From the IMG/VR virus record IMGVR_UViG_3300015050_000977, positions 1 to 58,530 of that record: a stretch of 58,530 nt of DNA; one strand, 5' to 3'. Positions 37,384 to 47,262 of the stretch are shown one piece after another. Each line of letters begins with the position of its first letter. The first letter of the stretch is position 1. The position numbers and the translations under genes are program-made. The DNA is from a virus. Its lineage: Duplodnaviria > Caudoviricetes. Below the pieces are notes generated by a model that worked only from the letters and a program-made list of their open reading frames with translations, made no database searches and was not told the DNA's origin.

Positions 37384-38462
37384 CCGCCTACTACAACGAA
37401 AACAACCCTGACTGCGTGGCGTGGCTGCGCGAACTGATTAAACAAAAACTGATTCCAGATGGCGTGGTCGATGACCGCAGCATTGTGGACGTAATGCCTG
37501 AAGACTTACATGGATTCACTCAAAAACATTTCTTCGCCGGAGTCGGCGGATGGGCCCTTGGATGCCGCCTCGCCGGATGGCCAGACAGCCGACCCGTTGA
37601 AACCGTCAGTTGCCCCTGCCAACCGCTTTCGTGCGCCGGCGCCCAACAAGGGGAACTCGACATCCGGCACCTGTGGCCGGAATACCATCGTATCAAGCGG
37701 CAGCTTGAGCCTTGCGAAACTTTTGGAGAGCAGGTTGCGAGCCCGCTTGGCATTGAGTGGTGCGACGGAATATCGCTTGATTTGGAAGAACTCGGTTACG
37801 ATGTCGCAGCGTTTGATTTGCCGGCTGCGAGCGTCGGCGCTCCGCATATCAGACAGCGACTCTACTGGATGGCCAACCCCGATCACGAACGATGCGCTCG
37901 GGTCAACCCACTGCTACGGAGCGAAGCAACCGGACGGTTCGCGGGCGATCTGCTTGAAACTTCCCGGCGCGGCGAAGCTGGTGGGTTGGCCGACGCCGGT
38001 TGCGAGGGACCACATGCCGGCGCATACGCCGGAGTATATCGCGGAGAAGAAGGCGCAGGGTCACGGCATGGCGAACTTGAACGATGTGGTTCAACTGGCC
38101 GGCTGGGCCACCCCCACGACCAGGGATCACAAGGACGGGGACTGCGATCTGTCGGTGACACCGGACAATGGTCTGCTTGGTCGCCAAGTCCTTCATTCGT
38201 CTCATGCGCCGACGGGAAAACGCGGCGTGTTGAACCCAGCGCATTCCCGCTGGTTGATGGGATACCCAGTCGAGTGGGACCGCTGCTCACCGCACTTCGC
38301 GGAGTGGGAAAAGGTGCAGTCAAAGCTGCACGACTTAATCGCATCGCCCGACTGCACGCCTACGGAAACGCCATCGTCCCTGAACTCGCCGCCCAGTTCA
38401 TCGGAAGCTACCTCGATCTTGGACTTGGAGGACTGACGGCGGTCATGGACATCGAAGATTAA
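37380..38462 (+). CDS. C5-cytosine DNA methyltransferase, alpha polypeptide (circularly arranged motifs I-VIII and X)
   Basis: HFFAGVGG, CPCQPLS, EQV, APHIRQRLYW and AYGNAIV motifs. Confidence 0.88.
   Translation: MTAYYNENNPDCVAWLRELIKQKLIPDGVVDDRSIVDVMPEDLHGFTQKHFFAGVGGWALGCRLAGWPDSRPVETVSCPCQPLSCAGAQQGELDIRHLWPEYHRIKRQLEPCETFGEQVASPLGIEWCDGISLDLEELGYDVAAFDLPAASVGAPHIRQRLYWMANPDHERCARVNPLLRSEATGRFAGDLLETSRRGEAGGLADAGCEGPHAGAYAGVYRGEEGAGSRHGELERCGSTGRLGHPHDQGSQGRGLRSVGDTGQWSAWSPSPSFVSCADGKTRRVEPSAFPLVDGIPSRVGPLLTALRGVGKGAVKAARLNRIARLHAYGNAIVPELAAQFIGSYLDLGLGGLTAVMDIED
37510..38436 (+). CDS. Nested alternative-frame methyltransferase beta polypeptide (TRD and motif IX)
   Basis: 308-codon open +1 frame with WPTP repeats and LNPAHSRWLMGYPVEW. 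Confidence 0.75.
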   Translation: MDSLKNISSPESADGPLDAASPDGQTADPLKPSVAPANRFRAPAPNKGNSTSGTCGRNTIVSSGSLSLAKLLESRLRARLALSGATEYRLIWKNSVTMSQRLICRLRASALRISDSDSTGWPTPITNDALGSTHCYGAKQPDGSRAICLKLPGAAKLVGWPTPVARDHMPAHTPEYIAEKKAQGHGMANLNDVVQLAGWATPTTRDHKDGDCDLSVTPDNGLLGRQVLHSSHAPTGKRGVLNPAHSRWLMGYPVEWDRCSPHFAEWEKVQSKLHDLIASPDCTPTETPSSLNSPPSSSEATSILDLED

Positions 38463-38466
38463 CTTT

Positions 38467-38946
38467 ATGGATACACCCAAACGCACCATCACGATAAAAC
38501 CACCGGAGGACCGCGCCAAGAGCGCCGAATTTTGGAGCGCCATGGCCACGCCCCGCACCGACGCCATCCTGCTCCCGATCAATTCGCACACGCTGCCCGA
38601 CGACGTGGTTTACGCCGACGAGATGCGGTTGCTGGAGCGCGAGCTAAGCCTAGCCACCGATTTCCTCGACCTGATGCGCGACGAGTTCCAGCGCATCAAG
38701 TCGTGCCCCGGCTGCGATAGCGAAATAGCGCAGCTTTGCGACCGCGCGCAGTCTAATTTGCTTCAGCGCGTGCCGGTAATTGCGCAGCGTGACTTGGCTG
38801 AGAACCGGCTGGGCGTGGCCAAGACCGCGCTGCATACCATCGCCCATATCTGGCAAACGCAGTCCGAAGCCTGCGCCGACAATTCGCGGGCCGGCGAACT
38901 GATGATGGAGAAGGCGCGGGACGCGATTACGAGGCTTGCGACATGA
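38467..38946 (+). CDS. Hypothetical coiled-coil protein
   Basis: TPRTDA...RLLEREL motif. Confidence 0.65.
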   Translation: MDTPKRTITIKPPEDRAKSAEFWSAMATPRTDAILLPINSHTLPDDVVYADEMRLLERELSLATDFLDLMRDEFQRIKSCPGCDSEIAQLCDRAQSNLLQRVPVIAQRDLAENRLGVAKTALHTIAHIWQTQSEACADNSRAGELMMEKARDAITRLAT

Positions 38947-39142
38947 GTGCGCCAACCATATAACTTGACCCGACCGCCGTCGCCCCCTAGCAACAAACCC
39001 AGTCGCCGAAACACGACATGACTACCTCTATCCCCTTGGTGCCGCAAGGCACCCGCCTCCGCGTCTTCCAATTGCCGGCTATGCCGGGCGTTTCCTTTGG
39101 TGGAGCGGGGGCGATAATTTTTGGTGGCGAGAAAGGCCGACC

Positions 39143-40774
39143 ATGAGCCGCCTGCTGGACCTTGATGATGACGGCGTGGCCAGTGCCAGTGCCAGTGCCG
39201 ATGCCGAGCGCAACGGCACACATCCCAACCGCTTCACGCCACCACCCAACTCATTCGAGTCCGCCCGCCCGGCCCGCATCGGCGAAACGGTGCTGTCCCG
39301 TGAACTGCCATCCGACGCCGACGCGGAGGAAAACCTGATTGCCGCACTGTTTGTGGACAGCGCCGAAGTGCTGTCAAAGTGCGCCGATGCCGGCCTGACC
39401 ACATCCAGCTTTACGTCCCCAAGGCTGGCGGCTGTTTTTGGTGCCGCCTGCGAGCTTAACGATGAACGCGAGCCGGTCAGCACCATCAGCCTGATCCATC
39501 GGCTAAAGGGCCACGAGGCGTTTGATGGCCTGCCGATCATGCCGGAAATACTGGCGCTTGAGAAGCAATCCGCCACGACGGCACACGTAAAAATGCTGGT
39601 CCGGTCGATCCGGGGAGCCGAATTGCTGCGCCGGGCGCACGGGGCTGCGTTACAGGCGATGGAGGAGGTGTTCAAATGTTCGGCCGACGACGCCGAGCGG
39701 ATGCTGGAAGGTCAGCAGGCACGCCTGAAGCACATCACTGACAGCGCCTCATCCCCGTCCGACCTGATGGATCGGGTGTTTGACCCCAAAAAACTGCTGC
39801 CAAGACCGCCCGCCATCTATACCATCGCCGACATCGGCATTTGCACGCGCGGCAACCTGACCACGATCTACGCCCAGTCCAAGGCAGGCAAAAGCAGCTT
39901 TATCGCCGCCATGATCGCGGCCACGATGCTGCCCGGCACCAGTAGCGCCGACACGTTGGGCGTTAAAGGCCCTAACTATGGCCACGCCGCCGTCCTGCAC
40001 TTTGACACCGAGCAGAGCACCTACGACTGGCAGGCGCTGGTGCTGTCCATCCTGCGCCGGGCCGGTCTGCAAGCGCCGCCCAAGTGGTTCCTGAGCTTTA
40101 GCCTGGCCGGCATGGAGGCCGCAAAAGCCGAGCGCTTTGTTCACGCCGCCCTGCGCCATGCCAAAAAGCAGTGCGGTGCCGTGCATAGCGTGTTTGTTGA
40201 CGGCGTGGCTGACCTTGTTTCCAGCCCCAACAACGAGGATGACAGCAACGCGCTGGTGGCCCGCCTGCATGGCGCCGCCATTGAGCATGACTGCGCCATC
40301 GTGAACATTTTGCACCTGAATCCGGCCTCCAAGGACAAGACCGACAAGGGCCGCGGGCATCTAGGCAGCCAACTGGAGCGCAAAAGTGAGTCCAATCTTA
40401 CGCTGAAGAAGGAGGGGGACGTTACGATGGTGGTCGCGGAGGGAAGGCAGCGCGGGAAACCAATTCCCGAGAAAAAGCAGCCGTGTTTCAAGTGGTCGGA
40501 CGAGCATGAAATGCACCGATCCTGCGCGCTGCCAGAGGACGAGACAAAATCTGTCGGCCGCCCAGAGTCGTGGGTATTTTCCACCTTCAAGTCCGTCTTC
40601 CCCTCAAAAGCCGAGAACCCGCTTCCGTTGACCCAGCTCGTTCCACGTCTGTCAGCCAACAAGCCAATCAGCGCCAAGCAGCTATATCCGGCGCTGAAAC
40701 GATGGGAAGAAGAGGGCTGCATCGAATCGTTCCAGATTCAGGGTCAGCCCCGTAAGTATCGCTGCGTAGTTTAG
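39143..40774 (+). CDS. Replicative helicase: DnaB-like N-terminal domain fused to an AAA_25/RepA-like ATPase
   Basis: LPSDADAEENLIAALF; Walker A AQSKAGKS, FDTEQ, FVDGVAD and RGHLGS motifs. Confidence 0.85.
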   Translation: MSRLLDLDDDGVASASASADAERNGTHPNRFTPPPNSFESARPARIGETVLSRELPSDADAEENLIAALFVDSAEVLSKCADAGLTTSSFTSPRLAAVFGAACELNDEREPVSTISLIHRLKGHEAFDGLPIMPEILALEKQSATTAHVKMLVRSIRGAELLRRAHGAALQAMEEVFKCSADDAERMLEGQQARLKHITDSASSPSDLMDRVFDPKKLLPRPPAIYTIADIGICTRGNLTTIYAQSKAGKSSFIAAMIAATMLPGTSSADTLGVKGPNYGHAAVLHFDTEQSTYDWQALVLSILRRAGLQAPPKWFLSFSLAGMEAAKAERFVHAALRHAKKQCGAVHSVFVDGVADLVSSPNNEDDSNALVARLHGAAIEHDCAIVNILHLNPASKDKTDKGRGHLGSQLERKSESNLTLKKEGDVTMVVAEGRQRGKPIPEKKQPCFKWSDEHEMHRSCALPEDETKSVGRPESWVFSTFKSVFPSKAENPLPLTQLVPRLSANKPISAKQLYPALKRWEEEGCIESFQIQGQPRKYRCVV

Positions 40775-41448
40775 GGCTTAAGCTCCTTGATCGGCAGGTC
40801 GGGTATCATCTCGTTGGCGATTAGGTCGCGTAGTTTCTTTGTGCACCACTCGTCCGTCCTTGATTCATCCGCGTCAAATCGCTCGTCCAGCATGGACAGA
40901 ACCTTTGACGGATAGTAGTTCCTAAGTCCGGGGGCCTCGCACATTTCGCAAATTGCTCCGATAATGCGATCTTCTTCGGATTCCTCATCGTCAACGTCGA
41001 TCACCGTGCCCCCCGTGGATGAGATCGCGACATACTCCTTCCCGCACTTTTTGGCCAATCCGCGCTTTTCAAGCGACCACAGCGCGTGCAGGCAGAACCA
41101 GTGCCCGGAAGCGTGCCCGTCCGCCTCAAGCGCTTCCTGAATCTCCCTGAACCGGCATGGGTGCTTGATAGCCGCCAGTAGCGCCTCCTCCGGTGGCCAT
41201 GTCGATTTCCAGTCCGTCGAGATGTTTGGCCGCTTGTTTCCGGCCCGCGTTTTGGGGTCATTTGCAACCCCTGCGACCGAGCCATCCGGCAGCACGGAAA
41301 GCACCCCGATTTCACAGAGGTGATCTATGATGTAATCGGCGAGCATGGGGCTGGAGACGACCGATTTTCTGGCAGCGTCCAAAGACGCGAACTTGCTGGA
41401 GCGCATGGCGCCCTCGAATGCGAATTTTGTTTTCACGGAAATGAGCAA
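40771..41448 (-). CDS. Hypothetical protein (winged-helix-like segments)
   Basis: ORF of about 212-225 aa convergent on the helicase. Confidence 0.55.
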   Translation of the reverse strand: MLISVKTKFAFEGAMRSSKFASLDAARKSVVSSPMLADYIIDHLCEIGVLSVLPDGSVAGVANDPKTRAGNKRPNISTDWKSTWPPEEALLAAIKHPCRFREIQEALEADGHASGHWFCLHALWSLEKRGLAKKCGKEYVAISSTGGTVIDVDDEESEEDRIIGAICEMCEAPGLRNYYPSKVLSMLDERFDADESRTDEWCTKKLRDLIANEMIPDLPIKELKP

Positions 41449-41454
41449 AAACTG

Positions 41455-41660
41455 GATTCTATTAATTCGGCAATGAATTAATAGACTTAAAATTAAAAAG
41501 TGCTTACCCTGCGCCTTTTAAGTCTATAAATTGATATATCCAATTAATAATTTCTAGAATCGCCTCCTCCGTGCCTGTCGGATGCCCACCCGGAAGGCAT
41601 GTATTAATCGGGCGTGCCTTCCCGCCTCTAACGGCGGGTCGGCAGCCCGATTATACATGT
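41455..41660. other. AT-rich tract plus a long hairpin (candidate replication origin or regulatory element)
   Basis: AT-rich 41455-41560; hairpin CATGTATTAATCGGGC...GCCCGATTATACATG at 41598-41659. Confidence 0.4.
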
Positions 41661-42341
41661 CGCTGGGCAGCCGTCAACGGAAAAGGTTGAGATAATTGAA
41701 AAAAGTTTTCACCCAGCAGGAGAAATCCGGGGCTTCGGAAGTGGGCTGTGGGTCGATTTCTAGCCCAAATTTTTTAAAATGAGACCCGATTGCGGAACTG
41801 CGCCGAAAGTGCACGGATTTGGACGCAACGGCCCTCATGGCCAACGAGGCGAACTACTGCAAAATTTTTATTATATGGGCGGATGTATTGGCGTTTCTGT
41901 CTTTGCCAGGAATCGAGGCCCCCGCCCCCGCCCCCGCCCTCCGCCAGCTCGGCCCGAAAGTAAGGATCGGCGCAAAGTTGCAACCTAGCCAACTACCCAA
42001 AAGTAGCGCGCAAAACTTTCGCAAGTAAGTAACTAGCAATCTATTACGTATGGTTTGACGCCAATAGTTTACATAATACGTATTGTGCGTGCACCTCTGA
42101 GCGTGCGACTAGTTTGGAGCCTAGATGCAAACAGAACGGACAATTGCGGAAAACCCCTAGTGGATTCCTTCCGATTTACGGCAGTTTCGGCACTCCACTA
42201 CCTACGAGCCGTCAAATCGCCTAAAAAGGGCATAGGACGGCGCGCCTTGGCGTGCGTGGACACAAGACACGGGGCGCGGAGACTGGGGAAATCTCCACAC
42301 GGCGAGGAACCCATTAAGCCGCCACTTAATTAAGTCGCCGT

Positions 42342-42878
42342 TTAAACAATCGGCGTCACGTTCCGCTCCTCCTTATGCAAGCTGGCCAATATCTGCTCCC
42401 TGCTCATCGCCCCGTAATTGTTGACCGTGACGGAAACATTACCCGATTGTGCGCTTCGCCCCGAAACGGCCGCGTGTTTGTCAACGGCGATTGCCAACGT
42501 CATGTTAAGGTCACTCAACTTCTGATTCCCTTCCTCCAGCTTTTCCATGATCCGCTGGCCAGTCGCGCGAGCAATGGTTCGCAGCGTCAGTGTCAGCTCG
42601 TTGGAAAACTCCTCCGCGCTACTTTCCGTTATGCGGGCGATTGTTCGTTTGTCGTGATCCGTGACGGCGCCAACTCTCGGCAGCGTAAGCGGACTTCGCT
42701 TGCCCGCTAGGATAGCGTCAGCCGTTGCGTCAATTAACTTGTCTCTTGGGTAGGTTCGCTTGTTGGCCAGTTCTGTCCCCTTGGCAATACCTCCCTTGTT
42801 GCCGTTCTCCGCGTTGGCCCTTGCTTTGCGGTCCCTTTCCGGCATCGGCGCGTCCTCGTTCAATTCTAGAATGTCCAT
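42342..42878 (-). CDS. Possible terminase small subunit
   Basis: 178 aa, helical, with a C-terminal beta-strand tail VSVTVNN; lies next to a long non-coding region. Confidence 0.4.
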   Translation of the reverse strand: MDILELNEDAPMPERDRKARANAENGNKGGIAKGTELANKRTYPRDKLIDATADAILAGKRSPLTLPRVGAVTDHDKRTIARITESSAEEFSNELTLTLRTIARATGQRIMEKLEEGNQKLSDLNMTLAIAVDKHAAVSGRSAQSGNVSVTVNNYGAMSREQILASLHKEERNVTPIV

Positions 42879-43128
42879 GCCCCTTACCTAATCCGCTCGC
42901 CCCGCGAGGCAAGCCTTTGCCTGTTTGCGCGGTCTGCCAATAGCGCCCCAATAGCGTATCCATTTTTCCACTATCACCCAAAAGGCCAAAAAATAGTGCG
43001 TTGCAAACTTGTTGGCACTAATGGCTTGCGTCTCTTTAGTGTTAAAACGAAAACTTTTGCTCGCCAAACGAGAGGCAATTTCGCAACCTTTGCGCATCGG
43101 CCAATTCCGGCCCTTATTTTTCACCCTA

Positions 43129-43347
43129 ATGCAAACCTCCGCTCCCCAAAAATCCTGGTTCCGCGTCTCCACCCTTTGCGCCAATTTGCGCGAGCCGTTC
43201 ATTGACTTCTATCCGGCCGCTAGCGTGGCCGATGCGTTGGCCATGGCGCGAGCGGATGCGGATGCGTTTGGCTTGCCCGCTTCTGCTGTGCAAACAGCTC
43301 GGCTCGCGACGGGCTTGGAAGCGGCCGTTTGCGCTAGCTTGGCTTAA
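43129..43347 (+). CDS. Early-region hypothetical protein (MQTSAPQK)
   Basis: First ORF of the small-gene cluster. Confidence 0.5.
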   Translation: MQTSAPQKSWFRVSTLCANLREPFIDFYPAASVADALAMARADADAFGLPASAVQTARLATGLEAAVCASLA

Positions 43348-43358
43348 CTTTTCTCAAC

Positions 43359-43878
43359 TAACCGCAACCCTCATTCCCCATAATCCAAACATGAAAACCA
43401 ACCAACCTGTCTGGCAATTTATCGCAAACCTAGGTGACGCAAACCCAATGGCGCACGGCGGGTTTTTCGTCTATCAGGATAGGACTGGCGTCTATTCCCC
43501 TAAATGCGTCTTGCTCCAACCCAAAAACGACGAAGACGACATTCGTGACAAAGACATGCACTGGACTGCATGGCGCTTCAGTGCCGACAAGTGCTCCTAC
43601 GTCAACGGCGTTTTGTCTGACAACAAATTCCACCCCGAGCTCCCTGCATGGTTTGCTGAACGAATCGGCGCACTGGCCGATTGCTACGGCCAAACGGAGA
43701 AGTCTGTAATTGCGCTTCTGTGCTCGGATGATGCGTGCGAACGTGCGCACGGCTGGCGAATGATTGGCGAATACTTTGGCTGGGACAATCTGGACAGTTA
43801 CCCTGACCGCCTCACGCGTCGCGACGTTTACAATCGTTTTCGCGTGGAGTGTTACAAGTAACCGCAACCCTCATTCCC
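43359..43878 (+). repeat. 20-bp direct repeat TAACCGCAACCCTCATTCCC at 43359 and 43859
   Basis: Exact copies 500 bp apart, flanking one gene. Confidence 0.85.
43391..43861 (+). CDS. Early hypothetical protein (156 aa, MKTNQPVW)
   Basis: GDANPMAHGGFFV motif; acidic and aromatic composition. Confidence 0.7.
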   Translation: MKTNQPVWQFIANLGDANPMAHGGFFVYQDRTGVYSPKCVLLQPKNDEDDIRDKDMHWTAWRFSADKCSYVNGVLSDNKFHPELPAWFAERIGALADCYGQTEKSVIALLCSDDACERAHGWRMIGEYFGWDNLDSYPDRLTRRDVYNRFRVECYK

Positions 43879-43887
43879 TCGCAAATC

Positions 43888-44139
43888 ATGAAGCTAATTG
43901 CCTCCCTCAGCTACTCCGGCCCGGATTCGTCTGGCGCCCGCGTTCACTCTGTTTCTCGCCGCAAAGCGTTTCGGTCTCGCGTCGCAGCAATGCGCCAGTG
44001 CGAAAAGTGGGCGCGCAAGTCACTGCGCCGTTTTGCCAATGCGTCGCAGCGAATCGAAACGCAAAACTGGGGTGTGCGCTCCGGCGCATTCCCGTTCGCC
44101 TACGTGCAGACCACGGTAACGTGGGTGCCCCATTTCTAA
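43888..44139 (+). CDS. Early hypothetical protein (MKLIASL)
   Basis: Starts after repeat copy 2. Confidence 0.55.
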   Translation: MKLIASLSYSGPDSSGARVHSVSRRKAFRSRVAAMRQCEKWARKSLRRFANASQRIETQNWGVRSGAFPFAYVQTTVTWVPHF

Positions 44140-44166
44140 CCCTTTCCCGTAACCATTCCCGATCCA

Positions 44167-44525
44167 TGAAAACTCCACGCTCCGTCCTAGAGTCTCAAAA
44201 CAAGCGCCAAGGCGAAGAAATCGACTGCCTTTCAATCGCCTTGCACGACACGCTCTGCGGAGTCGTGAAATGGTTTGGCAGTAGTCGCACGTATTCCATC
44301 GGCATAACTCGCCCTTGCGCAGCGTCTGGCGGATTCGCCATTGTCCGCAGTGGTGGCGCCGAATCTCGCGCGGTCTACTGGGAAAAGTTCGCACGCAACG
44401 AAGCCGAAACGATTGCCGCATGTATTACTGGCGAAGATACGGAATACAATCGCGAGCTATTGCGTAGGCGCAGCGTGTTGGAAGCTGCGCAAGCTTACGT
44501 GACTGAATGCCAGCGATCCGCCTAA
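44167..44525 (+). CDS. Early hypothetical protein (MKTPRSV; start approximate)
   Basis: ORF after an AC-rich leader. Confidence 0.55.
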
Positions 44526-44557
44526 TTTCCACTAGCAACACCTAACAATTCACGGTC

Positions 44558-44785
44558 ATGAAAACAGCCTTTCGCATTATCCGCGTTATTCACTGCGCCA
44601 AAGTCCACGCATTGCACGCGCGCGGTCTCTACGGTTTCCACGATTCGCCTAGTTGCGCCGATTGTCAGAAAATCCCGCACGAAACGCGCGTGCATGACGG
44701 CGATAGTATATTTGCGCCTTTTGTTGGCTATCGCGTTGACGCTGAAACCGTCGTTTCGCCGCATCCTGTTTATGTAACCTTTTAA
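44558..44785 (+). CDS. Early hypothetical protein
   Basis: ORF track. Confidence 0.5.
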   Translation: MKTAFRIIRVIHCAKVHALHARGLYGFHDSPSCADCQKIPHETRVHDGDSIFAPFVGYRVDAETVVSPHPVYVTF

Positions 44786-44808
44786 CCCTAGCTAAAATCT
44801 TTCAACGC

Positions 44809-45108
44809 ATGAAAACGCATTCCGCTAAATTTATCGACGCGTGCCACTACCGCATTTCGGATCGTGCCGCGGCCGCTCTTTGCAAACTCGCAGGCAAACC
44901 GTTGCCGCGGCCGGGTTATGAGATGTCCGTCTTTCTCACGAAGGACGTAACCGGCCCTAGCTTTGCCAACGCGTGGGTTAATCGCACGCCTTACAGTGTC
45001 CGGCTGGATGCGCCGAAACGCGGCTGGGTTTGGTGCGTCCATTCCGTCTCGCATCCTGACACGCGCGAGGGTTTGCGCCTTGGCAAATCCTTTTCCTTTG
45101 TCGCATGA
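44809..45108 (+). CDS. Early hypothetical protein
   Basis: ORF track; ATGA-coupled to the next gene. Confidence 0.55.
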   Translation: MKTHSAKFIDACHYRISDRAAAALCKLAGKPLPRPGYEMSVFLTKDVTGPSFANAWVNRTPYSVRLDAPKRGWVWCVHSVSHPDTREGLRLGKSFSFVA

Positions 45109-45416
45109 CTCCCATGCCAACGCCCATGCAAACCCGTTTCCACGTTCGCCCCTACCTTGACGCGTGCCAAGTAATTGACTTGGCGCCTACGCATCGGCGC
45201 GCCGATACGCGTGTCTATTGTCTTGCGCCACTCCTCACAGCCGAACGCGTTGCGCGCACCTGGCCAACCTGTAACGCATCGGAAATCGCCAGCCATGCCG
45301 AGGAAAGGGCCAAACAGGCGCGGCGCCTATGGGCAAAGATTAGGTTGCGAGATGCGCGCACGCGCGAAGCCGATCTGTGCTTTTACTATCAGGAGATGCA
45401 CGATGCCAAGAAATAA
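45105..45416 (+). CDS. Early hypothetical protein
   Basis: ORF track. Confidence 0.5.
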   Translation: MTPMPTPMQTRFHVRPYLDACQVIDLAPTHRRADTRVYCLAPLLTAERVARTWPTCNASEIASHAEERAKQARRLWAKIRLRDARTREADLCFYYQEMHDAKK

Positions 45417-45530
45417 CCCGCCCGCGCACAGCACAATTTACCCGCCACAATAAACACAGCACAGCGCGGAAACCGTTGAGCGCGCCTACTGGGAAGCGCG
45501 TGACACTGTGACCGCATAACATTTCCACCC

Positions 45531-45767
45531 ATGACCACTCCACAAGCACAGCCAGCACACAAGCCAATCGGCCGCGCCCTCCCTTCAATGCGCATCCTTT
45601 GGGGCCGCAAAACAGACGCGCCCGAATGGGCCGAGGATATACTTTGCACAAACCCGGCCCGCTTTGCCGAGGTCCGCAAACTCGCCGCGGCCGATGGGTT
45701 CGCGCATTTTCGCGAATCCGTTGACGATGGATCAGCGCCGTATTTTGCCCGCACCATTCGCGCATGA
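45531..45767 (+). CDS. Early hypothetical protein
   Basis: ILWG...PEWAEDIL pattern. Confidence 0.6.
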   Translation: MTTPQAQPAHKPIGRALPSMRILWGRKTDAPEWAEDILCTNPARFAEVRKLAAADGFAHFRESVDDGSAPYFARTIRA

Positions 45768-45940
45768 CCCCACAAAACCGCGCCGAAATTCTCGGCTCTT
45801 TGGCCCTGCTGGCCCTGCTGGCCGTCTTAGTAATTCTCTGCCTTGCCATGTAAAGGCCCCACTGGGCGCAACCTGTTAGCACAATCCGTTAGCCAACCAA
45901 AAACAACACAGCCGGATCAGGCTTAAAACGATAAAAAAAT

Positions 45941-46426
45941 ATGAGCACACAGAAACGCAAGTTTGAACTATTCGCCCGGCTCGCACGCCTCGGCTTCACC
46001 TACGACGAATCGGCCGCACTGCGCCGTATTGAAATGACCCTTCAGCGCTGGGCCGAAGCCGAGTGCGGCAATGGCAATGACCACGGATCATGGGCCATTG
46101 AGCGCGACGAAACCAGCGGTAAGCCCTACATGGTTCATCACCACTACATGCACGGGCGCGGCAAGGACTACACGACACGGCGCCCCATTGCGGACCGCGA
46201 GGCGGGCGCGCTGCGCCGGCTGGCCGCAATTGTCAGCGCACGCAATGCGCGCGGAAACGCACACGATATTAACATGACCCCATACACGCCAAACAGCCCC
46301 ACGTTTGTCGTCCACTATCACCAAACAGACCCGCGCGGCTGTGCTCTCTACCTGCTCACGCGTGAGCAACTTGGCGCGGATGAAATCAGTTCAATCTACA
46401 CCCGCGGTCTCGCCGTTTGCGCTTAA
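45941..46426 (+). CDS. Early hypothetical protein (161 aa)
   Basis: LRRIEMTLQRWAEAECG...QTDPRGCALY. Confidence 0.7.
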   Translation: MSTQKRKFELFARLARLGFTYDESAALRRIEMTLQRWAEAECGNGNDHGSWAIERDETSGKPYMVHHHYMHGRGKDYTTRRPIADREAGALRRLAAIVSARNARGNAHDINMTPYTPNSPTFVVHYHQTDPRGCALYLLTREQLGADEISSIYTRGLAVCA

Positions 46427-46430
46427 TCCC

Positions 46431-46634
46431 ATGAACCGCTCATCCGCCACCCACCTCGCCGCAGTCTACAATATCCCGCTCGGCCGCGACTTTTGCACGC
46501 TGCGCAGTTCCGAAGTCGAGCGCGTTTTGGACGCTGCCGATTCGGTTAAGTATCGCCGGCCCAAAAACGCCAACGGATCACGCGGCCGCTACTTTTATGC
46601 GCGCCTCACGCGCGCCATTAACCGAAAGGACTAA
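46431..46634 (+). CDS. Early hypothetical protein (MNRSSAT)
   Basis: YRRPKNANGSRGRYF motif. Confidence 0.6.
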   Translation: MNRSSATHLAAVYNIPLGRDFCTLRSSEVERVLDAADSVKYRRPKNANGSRGRYFYARLTRAINRKD

Positions 46635-46644
46635 TCCGCACGCC

Positions 46645-46947
46645 ATGAAACCCACCTCCGTAATTTTCCGCACTTGGCCAACCGGCCCGCGCTCCGCCGT
46701 CATCGCCCTATTCCCCTGCGAAGCCGCATCCGTTGGCCAAGCCTGGCTCTGCTCATCATATGAGCACATCGGGCAACACGGCGCGGCCGATCCGCACCGC
46801 GTAGTCGCCGGCACCCGTCCGGCCACGCGTGCCGAGTGGCAACCGCTGGCTCGTGAATTGCGGCGCCTCGGCTACCGTCTCCGCATCACGCGTCGCATCC
46901 CCCGCAACGCTTACGACGTGAGGCGGGCGCAGCTTAACACGCCATGA
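46645..46947 (+). CDS. Early hypothetical protein (MKPTSVIFR)
   Basis: VIALFP...SYEHIGQHG...LARELRRLGY. Confidence 0.65.
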   Translation: MKPTSVIFRTWPTGPRSAVIALFPCEAASVGQAWLCSSYEHIGQHGAADPHRVVAGTRPATRAEWQPLARELRRLGYRLRITRRIPRNAYDVRRAQLNTP

Positions 46948-46971
46948 CTACGCACACAAAAACACCCACCT

Positions 46972-47262
46972 ATGAAATTCTTCAATAACTGCGTAAATTG
47001 GGACCGCGCCGACGTTCACGCTTCGGGCGGTCTCTGCGACATGATTGACGCCTGCCGCTCTATCACGCGGAAAACCTTTCTGCGTCACGTTGACACCAAT
47101 TCGCGGGCGGAGGTCGAGCGCGCCCTTGGCTACGCTCCGCATGATCCCGGCGCCGTGCTCACGATGAAGCGGGATTTTCACGTCAGCTATCACCGTTCAA
47201 AGCTCCACGGGCGCACCGTGTATCTCTTCAAGCACTCGGCAATTGAATACGTTTTTGCATGA
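46972..47262 (+). CDS. Early hypothetical protein
   Basis: DFHVSYHRS...HSAIEYVF. Confidence 0.65.
   Translation: MKFFNNCVNWDRADVHASGGLCDMIDACRSITRKTFLRHVDTNSRAEVERALGYAPHDPGAVLTMKRDFHVSYHRSKLHGRTVYLFKHSAIEYVFA

Noticed and set aside
39180-39205. GCCAGT x3 microsatellite as a phase-variable switch
   Set aside because: The unit is an in-frame 6-mer in a disordered linker, so length change would not shift the frame.
41598-41659. Long hairpin as an isolated attC
   Set aside because: It lacks terminal AAC/GTT cores and R/L-box spacing.
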